Source of the DNA: an uncultured cyanobacterium
GTDB lineage: Bacteria > Cyanobacteriota > Cyanobacteriia > Cyanobacteriales > CAWUOF01
Length of the DNA stretch: 64,000 bases
NCBI GenBank assembly: GCA_963744145.1
Contig: CAVUSO010000001.1
Span: 3,808,001-3,872,000, forward strand
Direction of reading: 5' to 3'
How positions within the stretch are numbered: the stretch's first letter is position 1; each line of letters opens with the position of its first letter. A program made the position numbers and the translations under genes. The notes below the pieces were generated by a model, which saw only the letters and a program-made list of their open reading frames with translations, was not told the DNA's origin and made no database searches. Below, piece by piece: positions 53,349 through 62,359 of this stretch.

Positions 53349-53760
53349 AATATAATTATTTGCTGAAGAACTTGATCGACGATATCTTTCAGTTTTACTT
53401 ATTTTGACAAATTCCGTCTACTATTTTAGCACAGCACTTAGCGTGGGAAATGGCCAAAGTCAAATATTAACTTATTCTGACTCGATTGTCACTTGTTAGT
53501 AGTAGGGACTTCAGTCCCTTAACGTTCAACCAGCAGAGGGAAGATAGCCATTACTACAAACAGAGATTTTCAGATTTACATAAATTAATCAAAAAACTGG
53601 TTTCGGGAAAAAATTATCAGTTGGTTATCTAGATATATCACAAACAATCCTCGGAGTGAGTCAGTCACGCAGGTATTATTTTGCTCAGAAACTATTTAAC
53701 TGAAAAGGACAGTTATAATTTATAATTATGATCAATACTTAGTTAGTACGGATTAAAAGA

Positions 53761-55077
53761 GTGACTTTCAAAATTGGTTTGCTGGGATTAGGAACAGTAG
53801 GGACAGGAACGGCAGAAATTTTGCTAGACTTAGTTGGACGTCATCCCCTCTTGTCAGAATTAGAAATCTACCGGGTAGGAGTGCGATCGCTAGATAAACC
53901 TCGCACTGTCAAATTACCTGAGCAAATCATCACAACAGATCTAGAAGCAATTGTCACTGATCCAAATGTGGATATTGTGGTGGAAGTAATCGGTGGATTG
54001 GAACCAGCTCGATCGCTAATCTTGAAAGCAATTGCGAATGGAAAACATATCGTAACAGCAAATAAAGCAGTGATCGCTCGTTATGGTGCAGAAATCTTTA
54101 CAATGGCTAATCAAGTGGGGGTTTATGTACTTCTAGAAGCCGCAGTTGGTGGTGGAATTCCCATCATTCAACCCCTGAAACAGTCTTTAGGTGTGAATCG
54201 GATTCAATCAGTGACTGGAATTGTTAACGGTACAACTAATTATATCCTGACGCGGATGCAAACTGAAGGTGCTGATTTTGATGTCGTTCTCGCAGATGCT
54301 CAAAAATTAGGTTATGCAGAAGCTGACCCCACCGCAGATGTCGATGGTTTAGATGCAGCTGATAAATTAGCGATTCTCGCTAGTTTAGCTTTTAATGGTC
54401 GGATCAAACTAGAGGAGGTTTACTGTGAAGGAATTCGTCAAGTTAGTGCCGCTGATATTGCTTATGCTGATAAATTAGATTTTGTGATTAAACTGCTCGC
54501 GATCGCTAAACGGGAACCTACTACAACAGGTGAAAATTTAGACAGGTTACAGTTAAGAGTTCATCCCACTTTAGTACCAAAAAATCATCCCCTCGCCAGT
54601 ATCAATGGTGTTTATAATGCTATTTTAGTCTCAGGAGAACCAATTGGAGATGTCATGTTCTATGGTCGTGGTGCTGGTGCTGGTCCAACAGCTAGTGCGA
54701 TCGTATCAGATATTTTAAGTATTACCGCAGTTTTAAAAACTAGCACGAGTGAACCACAACTAGAAAAACGTCACCCTCTCCTATCTTGTAGTCATCAACA
54801 CTACTGTGCGATCGCTCCAATTTCTGAACAGGTCAGTCGATTTTATGTCCGTTTTCTCACTCAGGATACTCCAGGGGTAATTGGTAAATTAGGCACCTGT
54901 TTTGGCGATCGGGGTGTTAGTTTGGAATCCTTAGTCCAAACTGGAATTCGGGGTAATTTTGCTGAAATCGTGGTAGTAACTCACGACGTTCTTGAATCTA
55001 ATTTCCGACAAGCATTAGCAGAAATTCAGACACTAGAAACTGTTGATAGTATTCCCAGTGTATTGCGGGTTCTCTAA
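53761..55077 (+). CDS. hom: Homoserine dehydrogenase with a C-terminal ACT domain
   Basis: Motifs GLLGLGTVG, VTANKA, EAAVGGGIP, NGTTNYIL, GYAEADP and GAGAGPTASA. Confidence 0.96.
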   Translation: MTFKIGLLGLGTVGTGTAEILLDLVGRHPLLSELEIYRVGVRSLDKPRTVKLPEQIITTDLEAIVTDPNVDIVVEVIGGLEPARSLILKAIANGKHIVTANKAVIARYGAEIFTMANQVGVYVLLEAAVGGGIPIIQPLKQSLGVNRIQSVTGIVNGTTNYILTRMQTEGADFDVVLADAQKLGYAEADPTADVDGLDAADKLAILASLAFNGRIKLEEVYCEGIRQVSAADIAYADKLDFVIKLLAIAKREPTTTGENLDRLQLRVHPTLVPKNHPLASINGVYNAILVSGEPIGDVMFYGRGAGAGPTASAIVSDILSITAVLKTSTSEPQLEKRHPLLSCSHQHYCAIAPISEQVSRFYVRFLTQDTPGVIGKLGTCFGDRGVSLESLVQTGIRGNFAEIVVVTHDVLESNFRQALAEIQTLETVDSIPSVLRVL

Positions 55078-55302
55078 AATTATTGCTAATCACTACTCTT
55101 GTCATCAAACACAAGGGTAGTAGTTTTAGTTTTTCTTTGGGAAGAGCGATCGCCAATTTCTCCTTTGAGGATTAGTCATTGTCTAAATCTCTCGATCGCA
55201 AGTCACAAGATTTTATCCGCTCATTTGATAGTTGTCAATCGGGTTTTTATAAAAAAGTTGATCCGCTAGAACAACGCCATATCAATATTTTCATGCTGCA
55301 TC

Positions 55303-55362
55303 ATATAAATTTATACGCTCACCTATATAAATTTATATGCTCACCTATATAAATTTATACGC
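55303..55362. repeat. 22-bp tandem repeat (~2.7 copies), each with the palindrome TATAAATTTATA
   Basis: ATATAAATTTATA(C/T)GC(TCACCT) at 55303, 55325 and 55347. Confidence 0.85.
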
Positions 55363-55401
55363 GGGGCTATAGAATTTTCTATATTTTCTTTGCTGGTATT
55401 A

Positions 55402-55557
55402 TACAGCGGATTCGGTGGCTGATGAAGTACAGTAAGATTTGGTATGAATGGTGGGACAGGCATCTTGCCTGTCCGAGATTGTGAGTGATCTGTGTTGGTT
55501 GGGCAGGTTTATGATAGTTATCTGTTTGGATCAGAATTGATTGGTGAACCTGCCCCT
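55402..55557 (-). mobile_element. Partial inverted copy of the 17.4-18.1 kb MITE/REP element
   Basis: TACAGCGGAT..GAAGTACAGTAAGATT..AGGCATCTTGCCTGTCCGA..GATCTGTGTTGGTTGGGC is the reverse complement of ~17920-18079. Confidence 0.75.
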
Positions 55558-55674
55558 TGTAGAAAACGAGCTAAACGCACTACTAATTGAGCATCTACAA
55601 GAAACTTCATTGGGCAATTTTATAAATCTTTTCACCTGAGTTAACCGAGTAGCAAATAGTAACGCTGCCAAAAT

Positions 55675-55700
55675 TGCATAATCGTTCCCACTCTTCACGA
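55675..55700 (+). promoter_or_regulatory. TGCATA-N16-ACGA motif, copy 1 (upstream of the GNAT gene)
   Basis: Same motif and spacing as 56455-56480. Confidence 0.55.
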
Positions 55701-55730
55701 AGAAAGGTTAGTTAAGCAGGCGCAGATAAT

Positions 55731-56354
55731 ATGAAAACTAACCTCATTAATCAGGAATTGACCGGAACGATCGCCACTTTCCCTCAGCATCAATACCAGC
55801 CTAACACTTGGGAAACAGAAAGGCTATTCCTCCGACCCTTTACCGCCAAAGATTTTGCCGATCTTTACCGATTTTACAGCCATCGAGAAGTGATGCGTTT
55901 TATCGGCAAAGGTGCGAGAACCGAATCAGAAACTCTTGCTGAATTAATCAGTTTCATCACCCATTGGGAACAGCACTATTTCGGCAATTTTGCGATCATT
56001 CACAAAGCCTCTGGGAAATTGATGGGTCGCACTGGACTTTATCTTAGTGATCGATGCAAAGAGGCTCAGTTTGGCTACGTTTTGGATAAATCTTATTGGG
56101 GTAAAGGTCTTGGTTTGGAGGCCGCGAAAGCCAGTTTAGACTATGGTTTTAAGGTACTAGAGTTTGAGCAGATTGTCGCCTTTGCGATGCCAGAAAATTT
56201 TGTATCTCGGAAGATTTTATCTCAGAAATTGGGGATGCACTGCATCACAGATAATTTCATCTATTCTGGCATCCAATATGCTTATTATAGCATTGGGCGA
56301 GTCGAATACTTGACAAGTTCTTCTTGGCGTGTTAGGGCTTACCAACCTTCCTAA
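55731..56354 (+). CDS. GNAT (RimJ/RimL-like) N-acetyltransferase
   Basis: Motifs ETERLFLRPF, FGY.L..YWGKGLG.EAA and EN..SRK. Confidence 0.88.
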   Translation: MKTNLINQELTGTIATFPQHQYQPNTWETERLFLRPFTAKDFADLYRFYSHREVMRFIGKGARTESETLAELISFITHWEQHYFGNFAIIHKASGKLMGRTGLYLSDRCKEAQFGYVLDKSYWGKGLGLEAAKASLDYGFKVLEFEQIVAFAMPENFVSRKILSQKLGMHCITDNFIYSGIQYAYYSIGRVEYLTSSSWRVRAYQPS

Positions 56355-56454
56355 GCAGTCAGGAAAGGTGGAGTGGCGATCGCCTCATTTCTGGGCCTCA
56401 TAGCAGCGCGATCGCACCATCCCCAACTTCCCCAAAACAATTTTCCAGCTAAAC

Positions 56455-56480
56455 TGCATAAACTCCCTAACTCCCCACGA
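56455..56480 (+). promoter_or_regulatory. TGCATA-N16-ACGA motif, copy 2 (upstream of the sigma-like gene)
   Basis: Same motif and spacing as 55675-55700. Confidence 0.55.
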
Positions 56481-56599
56481 GAAAGATATATAGGAGTTAC
56501 ACAAGGATTACAAACTATCGGAGGTAGGTTGTATAAATTAGTTCACTGCGATCGATATAACTTTAGTTACTCAAAGATGACTTGGGAGTAGTCACTAGA

Positions 56600-58120
56600 A
56601 TGGCAGACCTAATTGAGCGATTTTCGACTTTTCAAGGAATGGCAGACCTAATTGAGCGATTTTCGACTTTTCAAGAAGTCAATCCCCATCGTCGCCAAGT
56701 GCAGGATTCTAAGCTAAGACAAAATTTGCATTGCTTGCTAGAACAGTATCCAGAACTCAATGATGAAACAGCGTTGCTGAGATATTTCTGCAATGCTGCT
56801 GAGAATAACTCGGATTCATTAGCACGTTGTCATCTACTTGCTTATGTAGATTCTGCTTGCTATTCAGCAGCGATCGCAACTTACCAAATCTTCCGCACAC
56901 CGGATCTCACTTTGGAAGACTATCTGCAAATTGCCAGAGATAAAATTGCTCCCTGTCTTATTCAATTATGCGCTCAGTACGATCCCAGTCAAAGCCAAAT
57001 CACAACTTATGCTTCTCCGTTCCTCCGCAGTGCTATTATGAGCGAACTGCGTTGCCACCAAGAAATAGAAAGGCGGAGTGATTGGTCGCTGTTGCGAAAT
57101 TTCTCGAAGACTAAGCGGAAAAAAGTTTTAGATAAATTTGGAATCAAAGAGCCAAAATTATCTAATTGTTTGCTAATTTGGCAAGGCTTTTCAGAAGTTT
57201 ATGCCCCAGTTAAAGCACGGAGAAATCCGAAATTACCACCGCCAACTGAGAAACAATGGCAGGCGATCGCCCAATTTGGCAACGAACAGCAATTACCGCA
57301 CTCAGTTAAACCCTTCACCGTGCAGGACAGCCAAGAATTGTTAGGAATTTGCGTTAATGCGCTGCGAGAACCTAGTAGAATTAATTTGTATTCACTCAAT
57401 GAAGACAACCGAGATTTAGAACTAGAGATCACTAAAAAATCCCAGCAGCAAGTATGGTACAGAGAACAACAAACGGCTGAATCTGAGCAATACCAACAGG
57501 TGAAAATAGAATTAGCCAGCGCGATCGCCTCCCTCCCTGCTGATGCCCGAAAAATGTTAATCTTAGAACATGGCTTCATCGGATTTAACCAAAGTTACAT
57601 CGGTCAAGAGTTCGGCATCCAGCAATATCAGGTTTCTCGAAATTTAACTGGCTACAAACGCCGTCTCTTAGAAGTTTTGGTGCAGTGGAGTCAAAGACAA
57701 CTAGGTGTTAATTTGAGTTTAGAAACTGTCAAACGCCTATCAATTTATCTCGATGAGTGGCTGATTTGGTATTGCCAAAATACTATTCTGTACAGGTTTT
57801 TGGAAGCCGTTTTGAGGCTGCATCCTGCCCTTAAGTTGGAAATTAAGTTGTTGTATCGCTATTATGGGATGAGTTTACCAGGAAAAGCAGATGAAAGAGC
57901 GATCGAGATCGCCTGGGAATTTAACCTGGCACAAACTGAGTTGCAGGAAAAGTTAATGCAAGTTAAAACAACTTTGCAAGAACAGTTACACCAATGGCTA
58001 CAGCAAACTCTTGCACTCAAACCCTGTTCTCTAAGAGTGATGAATAATTCCTCAGCATTGTTAGTAGAACAGTTTTTAGCCAACGCGCCTTATGCCCTTT
58101 TAATCAGCGAACGGAGGTAA
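56600..58120 (+). CDS. Cyanobacterial sigma-70-like protein of the DUF1822/CHAT-linked type
   Basis: Region-2-like HLLAY..CY..YDPS...TYA...LR; region-4 HTH ML.L.HG..NQ..IGQEFGIQQYQVSR; degenerate second HTH near the C-terminus. Confidence 0.7.
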   Translation: MADLIERFSTFQGMADLIERFSTFQEVNPHRRQVQDSKLRQNLHCLLEQYPELNDETALLRYFCNAAENNSDSLARCHLLAYVDSACYSAAIATYQIFRTPDLTLEDYLQIARDKIAPCLIQLCAQYDPSQSQITTYASPFLRSAIMSELRCHQEIERRSDWSLLRNFSKTKRKKVLDKFGIKEPKLSNCLLIWQGFSEVYAPVKARRNPKLPPPTEKQWQAIAQFGNEQQLPHSVKPFTVQDSQELLGICVNALREPSRINLYSLNEDNRDLELEITKKSQQQVWYREQQTAESEQYQQVKIELASAIASLPADARKMLILEHGFIGFNQSYIGQEFGIQQYQVSRNLTGYKRRLLEVLVQWSQRQLGVNLSLETVKRLSIYLDEWLIWYCQNTILYRFLEAVLRLHPALKLEIKLLYRYYGMSLPGKADERAIEIAWEFNLAQTELQEKLMQVKTTLQEQLHQWLQQTLALKPCSLRVMNNSSALLVEQFLANAPYALLISERR

Positions 58121-59301
58121 TGAAAATGGTATTCAATTTAGAACAATTAAGCCTAGCCTGTCCCCATCATCTCTGGCTAGAGTTTTCGGAAAAAGAACAG
58201 GAAAAAGCTGTTTCTGTAAGACTGGATTACTCCCATGATGCAGCAAGTCATCGCGCTTTCTTAAATCGGCTGACTCTGGCAGTTTTGTTACCTGTATTGC
58301 AAGCAGAATCTGAAGCATTTACCCAAATTACATCCCCGGAAAATATTTGGGAATTTGTGACAGGTTTTGCCATCAGTTTGGGTAAAAATCGCTTGGTAAT
58401 TATTGCAAGTGAAACCATTGATACTGATGAATTTTCTGTGCCTCAAGAATGGGTAGATATTCCTGAATGGGCGGCTGATTATTATTTGGCTGTGCAGGTG
58501 AATTTAGAGGATGGATGGTTGCGGGTGTGGGGGTTTACAACCCATCGAAAACTGAAAAATGAAGGTAGGTATGATCGGGGCGATCGCACCTATTCTCTCA
58601 ATGGAGAAGATCTGTTTGAGCATCTCAATACTTTGTGGGTTTCTCTGAAACTTTGTCAAGGAGAAAAAGCGTTGATTGAACCTTTACCCGTCTTATCTTC
58701 TAACCAAATAGAGATGCTATTGGTAGAATTAGGTAAACCTTCTCTTTATTCCCCACGTTTGAAAATACCTTTTGCACAGTGGGGTGCGCTATTAGCTGCT
58801 GATAATTCAAGGCAAGAATTGTATCAGCGACGGTTGGAAAATGTGCCTAATATTGTGCAATTGGGTAAAAATATTTTCCCTGATTGGTGGCTAATGTTTG
58901 ATGAGTTAGTGCAAGCGTGTAACCTCAATCTTTCCTTTGCTAGAAGTGGAGCGCGATCGGGGGATAATGAAGAGCGTACTCCGGGAATTAGTCGGGGACG
59001 AGTGATTGATTTGGGGATTCAATTGGCGGGTAATTCTATGGCGCTAATTGTGCATTTCACTAAGGAATCAGAGAATAAACATAACATTTTGTTACAGGTA
59101 AATCCGGGTGGGGGTCAAACTTATTTACCGCCAGATGTGGAATTGATTGTATTAGATGATACGGGTGATGTGTTTTTGGAAGCGCGATCGCGCAGTGCTG
59201 ATAATTGGATTCAATTGGAGTTTCGGGGTGAGCCTGGGGAGCGGTTTAGTGTTAAGGTGGCTTTAGGGGATGCTAGTATTATGGAATATTTTGCAATCTA
59301 A
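58120..59301 (+). CDS. DUF1822 family protein
   Basis: Motifs VPQEWVDIPEWAADYYLAVQV, WGFTTH and ARSRSADNWIQLEF.GEPGERFSV; TAATG overlap with the sigma gene. Confidence 0.88.
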   Translation: MKMVFNLEQLSLACPHHLWLEFSEKEQEKAVSVRLDYSHDAASHRAFLNRLTLAVLLPVLQAESEAFTQITSPENIWEFVTGFAISLGKNRLVIIASETIDTDEFSVPQEWVDIPEWAADYYLAVQVNLEDGWLRVWGFTTHRKLKNEGRYDRGDRTYSLNGEDLFEHLNTLWVSLKLCQGEKALIEPLPVLSSNQIEMLLVELGKPSLYSPRLKIPFAQWGALLAADNSRQELYQRRLENVPNIVQLGKNIFPDWWLMFDELVQACNLNLSFARSGARSGDNEERTPGISRGRVIDLGIQLAGNSMALIVHFTKESENKHNILLQVNPGGGQTYLPPDVELIVLDDTGDVFLEARSRSADNWIQLEFRGEPGERFSVKVALGDASIMEYFAI

Positions 59302-59319
59302 CCTAACCAGGAGAAAACA

Positions 59320-62319
59320 ATGAGAAAGTTAGTGATGCTGATTTTTGAAGAAAAGGGAGACTTGGAAAGAGTAGGTTTTTCGGTAACGTTACGACTAGGG
59401 GACGAGGGGCAAACTTTGCCTACTCAGCAAACTGGATCTTTACCGTCAAACCCGGAACTGGTTGAGTCTTACAACAGTTGGAAAGAAACTTATGATGGCT
59501 GCTTTATTAGGGTAAATGGTAGTAGATTAGAACAGCCAGCAAAACAAATAACTAACTTCTCAATTCCAGAGGTTGAGATAAAATCTGAGAATTTGAGGCA
59601 ACAATTTAATGACTGGTTACAATCGCAGCAATTGAATAATGTTAGGCAAGAATTAGTTGCCCTAGTTGCCAATTTACAAGAAAATGATGAAGTGCGGTTG
59701 ATTATCCAAACTTCAAATACACAGCTACAGAAACTTCCCTGGCATCTTTGGGATATATTGAGAGGTTGCCCTAAAGCTGAAATTAGTGTCAGTCCGCACA
59801 ATTTCAGTCCGCGGCCCAGTGTTAGAAAAAGAACATCAGCCAAATTTGCTAATAATCAAGTTAATATTTTGGCAATTTTGGGCAATGATAAGGAAATTAA
59901 TGTTGAAGAAGATCGAAGAATATTAAATTCTATTCCGGGTGCTAAAGTTAAGTTTTTAGTTAAACCCGAGCAACGAGACATCGACAATGAACTCAGGGAA
60001 AAGTCTTGGGATATTCTATTTTTTGCGGGACATAGCCGCACGGAGGGAGAAAAAGGAATCATATATATTAATTCGACTGAGAGTTTAACTATCGGTAACT
60101 TAAATTATGCGTTAGAAGAGGCAATTAGAAACGGTTTACAAATAGCAATTTTTAACTCTTGTGATAGTTTAGGGTTAGCTAAAGATTTAGCTGATTTGAA
60201 TCTCCCTCACATGATTATCATGCGAGAACAGGTTCCTGATAAAGTGGCACAGGAATTTTTGAAATATTTTCTGGGTTTTTTTTCACAGGGTCAGTCATTT
60301 TATTTAGCGGTTAAGAAAGCACGGGAAAAATTGCAGAGTTTGGAAAATCAGTTTCCCTGTGCTTCTTGGTTGCCTGTTATCTACCAAAAAAATCCTACTA
60401 AGATACCCCCTACTTGGAAAGAGTTACGGAGAATAGATAAAAAATCAGCTTTTTGTCTGAGCGCGTTATGTTTGGCAGAGGCAGCGGCAGCTTTTCTGGT
60501 ATCGGTAAGTCTTGTCCCATCTCCTGTGAATACTAATCACATTCTGATCTTAGTTTTAGGTGGATTAATCTTTGCCCAATCTCCTCCTGCGATCAAAGGC
60601 AAAAATTTACTAATTATTGCTGTAATTACTTTACCAATTATTTTTTTATGGCGGAGTTTGCAAGGTGGTTTTGGTTTGGAAATTGTGATCGGTATAGCAG
60701 CTTTAGCTGGATTAGGTGTGATCGCGATGGCATTGCATAATGTCAGGATGATTTCCCCATTTTTCAGACGAATTTTCATCGCTTTCAGCCGTCGATTCAT
60801 CCCCTGGATTAGCAACGCCTTGCGGTTTGGAGTTAGATTACAGGTTTTAGTATTGCTGAGCTTGGGCATCGCAATGTTGGATAGTAATCCTCCCTTTAAT
60901 CTTCACTTTAGTTTGGGTGACAAACCCCTTTTTTATAATGGCACGGATGTGACAGCAAAAAAGCTGCTAGATACCGGGGTGTTTGTTTATAATGGCACGG
61001 ATGTGACAGCAAAAAAGCTGCTAGGTATCTGGGAGTTTGCCCTGCTGGGAAATGGCCTGGGACATTATGAATGTGCTAGGGATGCCTTCGACAATTATCT
61101 AAAGCAAAATCCAAATGACCCAGAGGCTTTAATTTATAAGAATAATGCGATCGCCCGTCTTTCTGGTCGTCCACCTCTTCGCATTGCCGTCAGCGTTCCC
61201 ATTGGCAGTAACCCGGACGTTGCTGCTGAGATTTTACGAGGTGTTGCTCAGGCTCAGGCTCAAATTAATAATGATGCAAACGGCATTAATGGTGCCAAGT
61301 TAGAAATCAAACTTGCTGACGATCGCAACAATCGCGCCCTTGCAGCAAGTATCGCGCATACTTTTGTTCATGATCCCCAGGTTCTTGCCGTTATTGGACA
61401 CAATGCAAGTAACGCTTCTCAGGCGGCTGCTCCCATCTATAACAGGAATCACCTGGTGATGATCACTCCCACAAGCTTTGCAAGCGCAGTAACTAATAGC
61501 GACTGGCCTTATATTTTTCAAACTACTCCTACAGCTGAGAAATATACCAAAAGATTAGTCAATTATATTGTCAAAACTGATAATATTAAGAAAGCCGTAT
61601 TTTGTTTTGACTCTAACGCGCAAGATAATAACGATTTCAAAAAGGCGCTCTCTAAATCCTTAATCGAACTTGCTAACACAAGTGAATGCGATGTTAGGTC
61701 ACAATCATTCAATGCGGATGATGCAATTCAGGAAGCTAATGATAGAAATGCACAAGCCTTGATCGTCAATCCTTTTATAGACGAGATTGATAAAACCGCA
61801 AAGCTATTTAATGCCAACACCAATAACGATCCTCCCTTGCATCTGTATGGGTCGTCCACATTCAATACCTTTAAGACCTTAAGTATGGGAGCAGCAATCG
61901 AAAACCTTGTCATTCCAGTCGCATGGTATCCAGATTTTTATACAAAGACTAAGTTTGTTGAGGAGGCCACAAACCTATGGGGAACATCCTCTATCAATTG
62001 GCGTACCGCCATGAGTTATGATGCAGCCGAAGCAATCATTACAGCTTTACTGCAAATCCCATCTAGATCCGATATCAAAGACATTCGATCCGATATCAAA
62101 GAGACTCTATTAAAAAAAGACTTTTCAGTAGAAGGAGCAGAAGGGACAGCTCGACCAGTGAAATTTGATAGCAAAGGTGGCCGCAGCTGCGATCTTCCTA
62201 TTTTATTACTCCAAGTGAAACAGAAAGACCCCTCAAACCCCAAGACAGAATATGGTTTTGTACGGTTGGACGTTCCTGATCCAGAGGATAAATCGACGGT
62301 TGAATGCGATAAAAATTAG
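59320..62319 (+). CDS. CHAT (caspase/HetF-like) protease + TM segments + type-1 (LivJ-like) periplasmic ligand-binding domain
   Basis: CHAT motifs LPWHLW, FFAGHS, FNSCD and PCASWLPV; hydrophobic block; then NDPEALIY.NNA, LRGVAQAQ, LAVIGHNAS and WRTAMSYDA. Confidence 0.88.
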   Translation: MRKLVMLIFEEKGDLERVGFSVTLRLGDEGQTLPTQQTGSLPSNPELVESYNSWKETYDGCFIRVNGSRLEQPAKQITNFSIPEVEIKSENLRQQFNDWLQSQQLNNVRQELVALVANLQENDEVRLIIQTSNTQLQKLPWHLWDILRGCPKAEISVSPHNFSPRPSVRKRTSAKFANNQVNILAILGNDKEINVEEDRRILNSIPGAKVKFLVKPEQRDIDNELREKSWDILFFAGHSRTEGEKGIIYINSTESLTIGNLNYALEEAIRNGLQIAIFNSCDSLGLAKDLADLNLPHMIIMREQVPDKVAQEFLKYFLGFFSQGQSFYLAVKKAREKLQSLENQFPCASWLPVIYQKNPTKIPPTWKELRRIDKKSAFCLSALCLAEAAAAFLVSVSLVPSPVNTNHILILVLGGLIFAQSPPAIKGKNLLIIAVITLPIIFLWRSLQGGFGLEIVIGIAALAGLGVIAMALHNVRMISPFFRRIFIAFSRRFIPWISNALRFGVRLQVLVLLSLGIAMLDSNPPFNLHFSLGDKPLFYNGTDVTAKKLLDTGVFVYNGTDVTAKKLLGIWEFALLGNGLGHYECARDAFDNYLKQNPNDPEALIYKNNAIARLSGRPPLRIAVSVPIGSNPDVAAEILRGVAQAQAQINNDANGINGAKLEIKLADDRNNRALAASIAHTFVHDPQVLAVIGHNASNASQAAAPIYNRNHLVMITPTSFASAVTNSDWPYIFQTTPTAEKYTKRLVNYIVKTDNIKKAVFCFDSNAQDNNDFKKALSKSLIELANTSECDVRSQSFNADDAIQEANDRNAQALIVNPFIDEIDKTAKLFNANTNNDPPLHLYGSSTFNTFKTLSMGAAIENLVIPVAWYPDFYTKTKFVEEATNLWGTSSINWRTAMSYDAAEAIITALLQIPSRSDIKDIRSDIKETLLKKDFSVEGAEGTARPVKFDSKGGRSCDLPILLLQVKQKDPSNPKTEYGFVRLDVPDPEDKSTVECDKN
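60729..60819 (+). mobile_element. 91-bp MITE-like element, left copy (translated in frame within the CHAT gene)
   Basis: Has its own imperfect TIRs GGCATTGCATAAT...ATTAGCAACGCC; 76/91 identical to the reverse complement of 62269-62359 by hand alignment. Confidence 0.75.
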
Positions 62320-62359
62320 TCCGAAAAATTGGAAAATCATACTGCCATTATGCAACGCC
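62269..62359 (-). mobile_element. 91-bp MITE-like element, right copy (inverted); supplies the CHAT stop codon
   Basis: Reverse complement of 60729-60819, ending ...CATTATGCAACGCC. Confidence 0.75.

Noticed and set aside
55303..55362. Possible mini-CRISPR
   Set aside because: Contiguous 22-bp tandem units with no spacers.
60537..60869. Antisense 110-aa ORF similar to the start of ORF 62252
   Set aside because: The similarity comes from the inverted 91-bp DNA repeat, not from a gene.
62252..62355. N-terminus of the 248-aa ORF as a real gene start
   Set aside because: It overlaps the CHAT gene end and is mostly the translated right MITE copy.
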